Of a stretch of DNA of 64,000 bases, positions 11,401 to 23,400 are shown piece by piece; within the stretch, counting starts at the first letter, position 1, and every line of letters begins with the position of its first letter. Origin of the DNA: Nemertoderma westbladi. Its lineage: Eukaryota > Animalia > Xenacoelomorpha. A program made the position numbers and the translations under genes. Location: assembly GCA_032718475.1 (NCBI GenBank), contig JAUCBJ010006528.1:85661-149660 (forward strand). Direction: 5' to 3'. The notes beneath the pieces were generated by a model that had not been told where the DNA came from, made no database searches, and saw only the letters and a program-made list of their open reading frames with translations.

Positions 11401-14400
11401 AGAACAGGCTGCTTCTAGAGTTGTACTAGCGGTGAGCGGGGAGCCCAACGGCCCCTCAGTTCATTAGAACAGGCTGCTTCTAGAGTTGTACTAGCAGTGA
11501 GCGGGGAGCCCAACGGCCCCTCAGTTCATTAGAACAGCCTGCTTCTAGAGTTGTACTAGCGGGGAGCGGGGAGCCCAAAGGCCCCTCAGTTCATTAGAAC
11601 AGGCTGCTTCTAGAGTTGTACTAGAGGGGAGCCCAACAGCCCCTCAGTTCATTAGAACAGGCTGCTTCTAGAGTTGTAATACAGGGGAGCCCAACGGCCC
11701 CACAGTTCATTAGAACAGGCTGCTTCTAGAGTTGTACTAGAGGGGAGCGGGGAGCCCAACGGCCCCTCAGTTCATTAGAACAGGCTGCTTCTAGAGTTGT
11801 ACTAGAGGGGAGCCCAACAGCCCCTCAGTTCATTAGAACAGGCTGCTTCTAGAGTTGTAATACAGGGGAGCCCAACGGCCCCACAGTTCATTAGAACAGG
11901 CTGCTTCTAGAGTTGTACTAGCGGTGAGCGGGGAGCCCAACGGGCCCCTCAGTTCATTAGAACAGGCTGCTTCTAGAGTTGTACTAGAGGGGAGCCCAAC
12001 AGCCCCTCAGTTCATTAGAACAGGCTGCTTCTAGAGTTGTACTAGCGGGGAGCCCAACGGCCCCTCAGTTCATTAGAACAGGCTGCTTCTAGAGTTGTAA
12101 TACAGGGGAGCCCAACGGCCCCACAGTTCATTAGAACAGGCTGCTTCTAGAGTTGTACTAGCGGTGAGCGGGGAGCCCAACGGGCCCCTCAGTTCATTAG
12201 AACAGGCTGCTTCTAGAGTTGTACTAGCGGTGAGCGGGGAGCCCAACGGCCCCTCAGTTCATTAGAACAGGCTGCTTCTAGAGTTGTACTAGCGGTGAGC
12301 GGGGAGCCCAACGGCCCCTCAGTTCATTAGAACAGGCTGCTTCTAGAGTTGTACTAGCGGTGAGCGGGGAGCCCAACGGCCCCTCAGTTCATTAGAACAG
12401 GCTGCTTCTAGAGTTGTACTAGCGGTGAGCGGGGAGCCCAACGGCCCCTCAGTTCATTAGAACAGGCTGCTTCTAGAGTTGTACTAGCGGTGAGCGGGGA
12501 GCCCAACGGCCCCTCAGTTCATTAGAACAGGCTGCTTCTAGAGTTGTACTAGAGGGGAGCCCAACGGCCCCTCAGTTCATTAGAACAGGCTGCTTCTAGA
12601 GTTGTACTAGTGGGGAGCCCAACGGCCCCTCAGTTCATTAGAACAGGCTGCTTCTAGAGTTGTACTAGCGGGGAGCCCAACGGCCCCTCAGTTCATTAGA
12701 ACAGGCTGCTTCTAGAGTTGTACTAGCGGGGAGCCCAACAGCCCCTCAGTTCATTAGAACAGGCTGCTTCTAGAGTTGTACTAGCGGTGAGCGGGGAGCC
12801 CAACAGCCCCTCAGTTCATTAGAACAGGCTGCTTCTAGAGTTGTACTAGCGGGGAGCGGGGAGCCAAACGCCCCCTCAGTACATTAGAATAGGCTGCTTC
12901 TAGAGTTGTACTAGCGGGGAGCCCAATGGCCCTTCAGTTCATTAGAACAGGCTACTTCTAGAGTTGTTCTACCGGGGAGCCCAACGGCCCCTCAGTTCAT
13001 TAGAACAGGCTGCTTCTAGAGTTGTACTAGCGGGGAGCCCAATGGCCCCTCCTCAGTTCATTAGAACAGGCTGCTTCTAGAGTTGTACTAGCGGTGATCG
13101 GGTAGCCCAACGGCCCCTCAGTTCATTAGAACAGGCTGCTTCTAGAGTTGTACTAGCGGTGAGCGGGGAGCCAAACGGCCCCTCAGTTCATTAGAACAGG
13201 CTGCTTCTAGAGTTGTACTAGCGGTGAGCCCAACGGCCCCTCAGTTCATTAGAACAGGCTGCTTCTAGAGTTGTACTAGCAGGGAGCGGGGAGCCCAACG
13301 GCCCCTCAGTTCATTAGAACAGGCTGCTTCTAGAGTTGTACTAGCGGGGAGCCCAACGGCCCCTCAGTTCATTAGAACAGGCTGCTTCTAGAGTTGTACT
13401 AGCGGTGTGCCCAACGGCCCCTCAGTTCATTAGAACAGGCTGCTTCTAGAGTTGTACTAGCGGTGAGCGGGGAGCCCAACGGCCCCTCAGTTCATTAGAA
13501 CAGGCTGCTTCTAGAGTTGTACTAGAGGGGAGCCCAACGGCCCCTCAGTTCATTAGAACAGGCTGCTTCTAGAGTTGTACTAGTGGGGAGCCCAACGGCC
13601 CCTCAGTTCATTAGAACAGGCTGCTTCTAGAGTTGTACTAGCGGGGAGCCCAACGGCCCCTCAGTTCATTAGAACAGGCTGCTTCTAGAGTTGTACTAGC
13701 GGGGAGCCCAACAGCCCCTCAGTTCATTAGAACAGGCTGCTTCTAGAGTTGTACTAGCGGTGAGCGGGGAGCCCAACAGCCCCTCAGTTCAATAGAACAG
13801 GCTGCTTCTAGAGTTGTACTAGCGGGGAGCGGGGAGCCAAACGCCCCCTCAGTACATTAGAATAGGCTGCTTCTAGAGTTGTACTAGCGGGGAGCCCAAT
13901 GGCCCTTCAGTTCATTAGAACAGGCTACTTCTAGAGTTGTTCTACCGGGGAGCCCAACGGCCCCTCAGTTCATTAGAACAGGCTGCTTCTAGAGTTGTAC
14001 TAGCGGGGAGCCCAATGGCCCCTCCTCAGTTCATTAGAACAGGCTGCTTCTAGAGTTGTACTAGCGGTGATTGGGTAGCCCAACGGCCCCTCAGTTCATT
14101 AGAACAGGCTGCTTCTAGAGTTGTACTAGCGGTGAGCAGGGAGCCAAACGGCCCCTCAGTTCATTAGAACAGGCTGCTTCTAGAGTTGTACTAGCGGTGA
14201 GCCCAACGGCCCCTCAGTTCATTAGAACAGGCTGCTTCTAGAGTTGTACTAGCAGGGAGCGGGGAGCCCAACGGCCCCTCAGTTCATTAGAACAGGCTGC
14301 TTCTAGAGTTGTACTAGCGGGGAGCCCAACGGCCCCTCAGTTCATTAGAACAGGCTGCTTCTAGAGTTGTACTAGCGGTGAGCGGGGAGCCCAACGGCCC

Positions 14401-17400
14401 CTCAGTTTATTAGAACAGGCTGCTTCTAGAGTTGTACTAGCGGGGAGCGGGGAGCCCAATGGCCCCTCAGTTCATTAGAACAGGCTGCTTCTAGAGTTGT
14501 ACTAGCGGGGAGCCCAACGGCCCCTCAGTTCATTAGAACAGGCTGCTTCTAGAGTTGTACTAGCGGTGTGCCCAACGGCCCCTCAGTTCATTAGAACAGG
14601 CTGCTTCTAGAGTTGTACTAGCGGTGAGCGGGGAGCCCAACGGCCCCTCAGTTCATTAGAACAGGCTGCTTCTAGAGTTGTACTAGCGGTGAGCCCAACG
14701 GCCCCTCAGTTCATTAGAACAGGCTGCTTCTAGAGTTGTACTAGCGGTGAGCGGGGAGCCCAATGGCCCCTCAGTTCATTAGAACAGGCTGCTTCTAGAG
14801 TTGTACTAGCGGTGTGCCCAACGGCCCCTCAGTTCATTAGAACAGGCTGCTTCTAGAGTTGTACTAGCGGTGAGCGGGGAGCCCAACGGCCCCTCAGTTC
14901 ATTAGAACAGGCTGCTTCTAGAGTTGTACTAGCGGTGAGCCCAACGGCCCCTCAGTTCATTAGAACAGGCTGCTTCTAGAGTTGTAATACAGGGGAGCCC
15001 AACGGCCCCACAGTTCATTAGAACAGGCTGCTTCTAGAGTTGTACTAGCGGTGAGCGGGGAGCCCAACGGGCCCCTCAGTTCATTAGAACAGGCTGCTTC
15101 TAGAGTTGTACTAGAGGGGAGCCCAACAGCCCCTCAGTTCATTAGAACAGGCTGCTTCTAGAGTTGTACTAGCGGGGAGCCCAACGGCCCCTCAGTTCAT
15201 TAGAACAGGCTGCTTCTAGAGTTGTAATACAGGGGAGCCCAACGGCCCCACAGTTCATTAGAACAGGCTGCTTCTAGAGTTGTACTAGCGGTGAGCGGGG
15301 AGCCCAACGGGCCCCTCAGTTCATTAGAACAGGCTGCTTCTAGAGTTGTACTAGCGGTGAGCGGGGAGCCCAACGGCCCCTCAGTTCATTAGAACAGGCT
15401 GCTTCTAGAGTTGTACTAGCGGTGAGCGGGGAGCCCAACGGCCCCTCAGTTCATTAGAACAGGCTGCTTCTAGAGTTGTACTAGCGGTGAGCGGGGAGCC
15501 CAACGGCCCCTCAGTTCATTAGAACAGGCTGCTTCTAGAGTTGTACTAGCGGTGAGCGGGGAGCCCAACGGCCCCTCAGTTCATTAGAACAGGCTGCTTC
15601 TAGAGTTGTACTAGCGGTGAGCGGGGAGCCCAACGGCCCCTCAGTTCATTAGAACAGGCTGCTTCTAGAGTTGTACTAGAGGGGAGCCCAACGGCCCCTC
15701 AGTTCATTAGAACAGGCTGCTTCTAGAGTTGTACTAGTGGGGAGCCCAACGGCCCCTCAGTTCATTAGAACAGGCTGCTTCTAGAGTTGTACTAGCGGGG
15801 AGCCCAACGGCCCCTCAGTTCATTAGAACAGGCTGCTTCTAGAGTTGTACTAGCGGGGAGCCCAACAGCCCCTCAGTTCATTAGAACAGGCTGCTTCTAG
15901 AGTTGTACTAGCGGTGAGCGGGGAGCCCAACAGCCCCTCAGTTCATTAGAACAGGCTGCTTCTAGAGTTGTACTAGCGGGGAGCGGGGAGCCAAACGCCC
16001 CCTCAGTACATTAGAATAGGCTGCTTCTAGAGTTGTACTAGCGGGGAGCCCAATGGCCCTTCAGTTCATTAGAACAGGCTACTTCTAGAGTTGTTCTACC
16101 GGGGAGCCCAACGGCCCCTCAGTTCATTAGAACAGGCTGCTTCTAGAGTTGTACTAGCGGGGAGCCCAATGGCCCCTCCTCAGTTCATTAGAACAGGCTG
16201 CTTCTAGAGTTGTACTAGCGGTGATCGGGTAGCCCAACGGCCCCTCAGTTCATTAGAACAGGCTGCTTCTAGAGTTGTACTAGCGGTGAGCGGGGAGCCA
16301 AACGGCCCCTCAGTTCATTAGAACAGGCTGCTTCTAGAGTTGTACTAGCGGTGAGCCCAACGGCCCCTCAGTTCATTAGAACAGGCTGCTTCTAGAGTTG
16401 TACTAGCAGGGAGCGGGGAGCCCAACGGCCCCTCAGTTCATTAGAACAGGCTGCTTCTAGAGTTGTACTAGCGGGGAGCCCAACGGCCCCTCAGTTCATT
16501 AGAACAGGCTGCTTCTAGAGTTGTACTAGCGGTGTGCCCAACGGCCCCTCAGTTCATTAGAACAGGCTGCTTCTAGAGTTGTACTAGCGGTGAGCGGGGA
16601 GCCCAACGGCCCCTCAGTTCATTAGAACAGGCTGCTTCTAGAGTTGTACTAGAGGGGAGCCCAACGGCCCCTCAGTTCATTAGAACAGGCTGCTTCTAGA
16701 GTTGTACTAGTGGGGAGCCCAACGGCCCCTCAGTTCATTAGAACAGGCTGCTTCTAGAGTTGTACTAGCGGGGAGCCCAACGGCCCCTCAGTTCATTAGA
16801 ACAGGCTGCTTCTAGAGTTGTACTAGCGGGGAGCCCAACAGCCCCTCAGTTCATTAGAACAGGCTGCTTCTAGAGTTGTACTAGCGGTGAGCGGGGAGCC
16901 CAACAGCCCCTCAGTTCAATAGAACAGGCTGCTTCTAGAGTTGTACTAGCGGGGAGCGGGGAGCCATACGCCCCCTCAGTACATTAGAATAGGCTGCTTC
17001 TAGAGTTGTACTAGCGGGGAGCCCAATGGCCCTTCAGTTCATTAGAACAGGCTACTTCTAGAGTTGTTCTACCGGGGAGCCCAACGGCCCCTCAGTTCAT
17101 TAGAACAGGCTGCTTCTAGAGTTGTACTAGCGGGGAGCCCAATGGCCCCTCCTCAGTTCATTAGAACAGGCTGCTTCTAGAGTTGTACTAGCGGTGATCG
17201 GGTAGCCCAACGGCCCCTCAGTTCATTAGAACAGGCTGCTTCTAGAGTTGTACTAGCGGTGAGCAGGGAGCCAAACGGCCCCTCAGTTCATTAGAACAGG
17301 CTGCTTCTAGAGTTGTACTAGCGGTGAGCCCAACGGCCCCTCAGTTCATTAGAACAGGCTGCTTCTAGAGTTGTACTAGCAGGGAGCGGGGAGCCCAACG

Positions 17401-20400
17401 GCCCCTCAGTTCATTAGAACAGGCTGCTTCTAGAGTTGTACTAGCGGGGAGCCCAACGGCCCCTCAGTTCATTAGAACAGGCTGCTTCTAGAGTTGTACT
17501 AGCGGTGAGCGGGGAGCCCAACGGCCCCTCAGTTTATTAGAACAGGCTGCTTCTAGAGTTGTACTAGCGGGGAGCGGGGAGCCCAATGGCCCCTCAGTTC
17601 ATTAGAACAGGCTGCTTCTAGAGTTGTACTAGCGGGGAGCCCAACGGCCCCTCAGTTCATTAGAACAGGCTGCTTCTAGAGTTGTACTAGCGGTGTGCCC
17701 AACGGCCCCTCAGTTCATTAGAACAGGCTGCTTCTAGAGTTGTACTAGCGGTGAGCGGGGAGCCCAACGGCCCCTCAGTTCATTAGAACAGGCTGCTTCT
17801 AGAGTTGTACTAGCGGTGAGCCCAACGGCCCCTCAGTTCATTAGAACAGGCTGCTTCTAGAGTTGTACTAGCGGTGAGCGGGGAGCCCAATGGCCCCTCA
17901 GTTCATTAGAACAGGCTGCTTCTAGAGTTGTACTAGCGGTGTGCCCAACGGCCCCTCAGTTCATTAGAACAGGCTGCTTCTAGAGTTGTACTAGCGGTGA
18001 GCGGGGAGCCCAACGGCCCCTCAGTTCATTAGAACAGGCTGCTTCTAGAGTTGTACTAGCGGTGAGCCCAACGGCCCCTCAGTTCATTAGAACAGGCTGC
18101 TTCTAGAGTTGTACTAGCGGTGAGCGGGGAGCCCGATGGCCCCTCAGTTCATTAGAACAGGCTGCTTCTAGAGTTGTACTAGCAGTGAGCGGGGAGCCCA
18201 ACGGCCCCTCAGTTCATTAGAACAGGCTGCTTCTAGAGTTGTACTAGCGGTGAGCGGGGAGCCCAACGGCCCCTCAGTTCATTAGAACAGGCTGCTTCTA
18301 GAGTTGTACTAGTGGTGAGCGGGGAGCCCAACTGCCCCTCAGTTCATTAGAACAGGCTGCTTCTAGAGTTGTACTAGCGGTGAGCCCAACGGCCCCTCAG
18401 TTCATTAGAAAAGGCTGCTTCTAGAGTTGTACTAGCGTTGAGCGGGGAGCCCAACTGCCCCTCAGTTCATTAGAACAGGCTGCTTCTAGAGTTGTACTAG
18501 CGGTGAGCGGTGAGCCCAACGGCCCCTCAGTTCATTATAACAGGCTGCTTCTAAAGTTGTACTAGCGGGGAGTGGGGAACCCAACGGCCCCCCAGTTCAT
18601 TAGAACAGGCTGCTTCTAGAGTTGTACTAGAGGGGAGCCCAACGGCCCTTCAGTTCATTAGAACAGGCTGCTTCTAGAGTTGTACTAGCGGGGAGCCCAA
18701 CGGCCCCTCAGTCCATTAGAACAGGCTGCTTCTAAAGTTGTACTAGCGGTGAGCGGGGAGCCCAACGGCCCCTCAGTTCATTAGAACAGGCTGCTTCTAA
18801 AGTTTTAATAGCGGGGAGCGGGGAGCCCAACGGCCCCTCAGTTCATTGGAACAGGCTGCTTCTAGAGTTGTACTAGCGGTGAGCGGGGTGCCCAACAGCC
18901 TCTCAGTTCATTAGAACAGGCTGCTTCTAGAGTTGTACTAACGGTGATCGGGGAGCCCAACGGCCCCTCAGTTCATTAGAACAGGCTGCTTCTAGAGTTG
19001 TACTAGTGGGGAGCCCAATGGCCCCTCAGTTCATTAGAACAGGCTGCTTCTAGAGTTGTACTAGCGGTGAGCAGGGAGCCCAACGGCCCCTCAGTTCATT
19101 AGAACAGGCTGCTTCTAGAGTTGTACTAGCGGGGAGCGGGGAGCCCAACGGCCCCTCAGTTCATTAGAACAGGCTGCTTCTAGAGTTGTAATAGCGGTGA
19201 GCGGGGAGCCAAACGGCCCCTCAGTTCATTAGAACAGGCTGCTTCTAGAGTTGTACTAGCGGTGAGCCCAACGGCCCCTCAGTTCATTAGAACAGGCTGC
19301 TTTTAGAGTTGTACTAGAAGGGAGCGGGGAGCCCAACGGCCCCTCAGTTCATTAGAACAGGCTGCTTCTAGAGTTGTACTAGCGGGGACCCCAACGGCCC
19401 CTCAGTTCATTAGAACAGGCTGCTTCTAGAGTTGTACTAGCGGTGAGCGGTGAGCCCAACGGCCCCTCAGTTCATTAGAACAGGCTGCTTCTAGAGTTGT
19501 ACTAGCGGGGAGCGGGGAGCCCAATGGCCCCTCAGTTCATTAGAACAGGCTGGTTCTAGAGTTGTACTAGCGGTGAGCGGGGAGCCCAACGGCCCCCCAG
19601 TTCATTAGAACAGGCTGCTTCTAGAGTTGTATTAACGGTGAGCGGGGAGCCCAACGGCCCCTCAGTTCATTAGAACAGGCTGCTTCTAGAGTTGTACTAG
19701 CTGGGAGCCCAACGGCCCCTCAGTTCATTAGAACAGGCTGCTTCTAGAGTTGTACTAGCGGGGAGCGGGGAGCCCAACGGCCCCTCAGTTCATTAGAACA
19801 GGCTGCTTCTAGAGTTGTACTAGCGGTGAGCGGGGAGCCAAACGGCCCCTCAGTTCATTAGAACAGGCTGCTTCTAGAGTTGTACTAGCGGTGAGCCCAA
19901 CGGCCCCTCAGTTCATTAGAACAGGCTGCTTTTAGAGTTGTACTAGAAGGGAGCGGGGAGCCCAACGGCCCCTCAGTTCATTAGAACAGGCTGCTTCTAG
20001 AGTTGTACTAGCGGGGACCCCAACGGCCCCTCAGTTCATTAGAACAGGCTGCTTCTAGAGTTGTACTAGCGGTGAGCGGTGAGCCCAACGGCCCCTCAGT
20101 TCATTAGAACAGGCTGCTTCTAGAGTTGTACTAGCGGGGAGCGGGGAGCCCAATGGCCCCTCAGTTCATTAGAACAGGCTGGTTCTAGAGTTGTACTAGC
20201 GGTGAGCGGGGAGCCCAACGGCCCCCCAGTTCATTAGAACAGGCTGCTTCTAGAGTTGTATTAGCGGTGAGCGGGGAGCCCAACGGCCCCTCAGTTCATT
20301 AGAACAGGCTGCTTCTAGAGTTGTACTAGCTGGGAGCCCAACGGCCCCTCAGTTCATTAGAACAGGCTGCTTCTAGAGTTGTACTAGCGGGGAGCCCAAC

Positions 20401-23400
20401 GGCCCCTCCTCAGTTCATTTGAACATCCTGCTTCTAGAGTTGTACTAGCAGTGAGCCCAACGGCCCCTCAGTTCATTAGAACAGGCTGCTTCTATAGTTG
20501 TACTAGTGGGGAGCCCAACGGCCCATCAGTTCATTAGAACAGGCTGCTTCTAGAGTTGTACTAGCGGGGAGCCCAACGGCCCCTCAGTTCATTAGAACAG
20601 GCTGCTTCTAGAGTTGTACTAGCGGGGAGCCCAACAGCCCCTCAGTTCATTAGAACAGGCTGCTTCTTGAGTTGTACTAGCGGTGAGCCCAACGGTCCCT
20701 CAGTTCATTAGAACAGGCTGCTTCTAGAGTTGTACTAGCTGGGAGCCCAACGGCCCCTCAGTTCATTAGAACAGGCTGCTTCTAGAGTTGTACTAGCGGG
20801 GAGCCCAACGGCCCCTCCTCAGTTCATTTGAACAGGCTGCTTCTAGAGTTGTACTAGCAGTGAGCCCAACGGCCCCTCAGTTCATTAGAACAGGCTGCTT
20901 CTAGAGTTGTACTAGTGGGGAGCCCAACGGCCCCTCAGTTCATCAGAACAGGCTGCTTCTAGAGTTGTACTAGCGGGGAGCCCAACGGCCCCTCTGTTCA
21001 TTAGAACAGGCTGCTTCTAGAGTTGTACTAGCGGGGAGCCCAACAGCCCCTCAGTTCATTAGAACAGGCTGCTTCTAGAGTTGTACTAGCGGTGAGCGGG
21101 GAGCCCAACGGCCCCTCAGTTCATTAGAACAGGCTGCTTCTAGAGTTGTACTAGCGGGGAGCGGGGAGCCAAACGGCCCCTCAGTACATTAGAACAGGCT
21201 GCTTCTAGAGTTGTACTAGCGGGGAGCCCAATGGCCCTTCAGTTCATTAGAACAGGCTGCTTCTAGAGTTGTTCTACCGGGGAGCCCAACGGCCCCTCAG
21301 TTCATTAGAACAGGCTGCTTCTAGAGTTGTACTAGCGGTGAGCGGGGAGCCCAATGGCCCCTCAGTTCATTAGAACAGGCTGCTTCTAGAGTTGTACTAG
21401 CGGTGAGCCCAACGGCCCCTCAGTTCATTAGAACAGGCTGCTTCTAGAGTTGTACTAGCGGGGAGCCCAACGGCCCCCCAGTTCATTATAACAGGCTGCT
21501 TCTAGAGTTGTACTAGCGGTGAGCCCAACGGCCCCTCAGTTCATTAGAACAGGCTGCTTCTAGAGTTGTACTAGCGGGGAGCCCAACGGCCCCTCAGTTC
21601 ATTAGAACAGGCTGCTTCTAGAGTTGTACTAGCGGGGAGCCCAATGGCCCCTCCTCAGTTCATTAGAACAGGCTGCTTCTAGAGTTGTACTAGCGGTGAT
21701 CGGGGAGCCCAACGGCCCCTCAGTTCATTAGAACAGGCTGCTTCTAGAGTTGTACTAGCGGTGAGCGGGGAGCCAAACGGCCCCTCAGTTCATTAGAACA
21801 GGCTGCTTCTAGAGTTGCACTAGCGGTGAGCACAATGGCCCCTCAGTTCATTAGAACATGCTGCTTCTAGAGTTGTACTAGCAGGGAGCGGGGAGCCCAA
21901 CGGCCCCTAAGTTCATTAGAACAGGCTGCTTCTAGAGTTGTACTAGCGGGGAGCCTAACGGCCCCTCAGTTCATTAGAACAGGCTGCTTCTAGAGTTGTA
22001 CTAGCGGTGAGCGGGGAGCCCAACGGCCCCTCAGTTCATTAGAACAGGCTGCTTCTAGAGTTGTACTAGCGGGGAGCAGGGAGCCCAATGGCCCCTCAGT
22101 TCATTAGAACAGGCTGCTTCTAGAGTTGTACTATCGGTGAGCTGGGAGCCCAACGGCCCCCCAGTTCATTAGAACAGGCTGCTTCTAGAGTTGTACTAGC
22201 GGTGAGCGGGGAGCCCAACGGCCCCTCAGTTCATTAGAACAGGCTGCTTCTAGAGTTGTACTAGCGGTGAGCCCAACGGTCCCTCAGTTCATTAGAACAG
22301 GCTGCTTCTAGAGTTGTACTAGCGGGGAGCCCAACGGCCCCTCAGTTCATTAGAACAGGCTGCTTCTAGAGTTGTACTAGTGGGGAGCCCAACGGCCCCT
22401 CAGTTCATTAGAACAGGCTGCTTCTAGAGTTGTACTAGTGGTGAGTGGTGATCCCAACGGCCCCTCAGTTCATTAGAACAGGCTGCTTCTAGAGTTGTAC
22501 TAGTGGTGAGCGGGGAGCCCAATGGCCGCTCAGTTCATTAGAACAGGCTGATTCTAGAGTTGTACTAGCGGTGATCGGGGAGCTCAACGGCCCCTCAGTT
22601 CATTAGAACAGGCTGATTCTAGAGTTGTACTAGCGGTGAGCCCAACGGCCCCTCAGTTCATTAGAACAGGCTGCTTCTAGAGTTGTACTAGCGGGGAGCC
22701 CAACGGCCCCCCAGTTCATTAGAACAGGCTGCTTCTAGAGTTGTACTAGCGGTGAGCCCAACGGCCCCTCAGTTCATTAGAACAGGCTGCTTCTAGAGTT
22801 GTACTAGCGGGGAGCCCAACGGCCCCTCAGTTCATTAGAACAGGCTGCTTCTAGAGTTGTACCTGCGGGGAGCCCAATGGCCCCTCCGCAGTTCATTAGA
22901 ACAGGCTGCTTCTAGAGTTGTACTAGCGGTGATCGGGGAGCCCAACGGCCCCTCAGTTCATTAGAACAGGCTGCTTCTAGAGTTGTACTAGCGGTGAGCG
23001 GGGAGCCAAACGGCCCCTCAGTTCATTAGAACAGGCTGCTTCTAGAGTTGTACTAGCGGTGAGCCCAACGGCCCCTCAGTTCATTAGAACAGGCTGCTTC
23101 TGGAGTTGTACTAGCAGGGAGCGGGGAGCCCAACGGCCCCTCAGTTCATTAGAACAGGCTGCTTCTAGAGTTGTACTAGCGGGGAGCCCAACGGCCCCTC
23201 AGTTCATTAGAACAGGCTTCTTCTAGAGTTGTACTAGCGGTGAGTGGGGAGCCCAACGGCCCCTCAGTTCATTAGAACAGGCTGCTTCTAGAGTTGTACT
23301 AGCAGGGAGCGGGGAGCCCAACGGCCCCTCCTCAGTTCATTTGAACATGCTGCTTCTAGAGTTGTACTAGCAGTGAGCCCAACGGCCCCTCAGTTCATTA

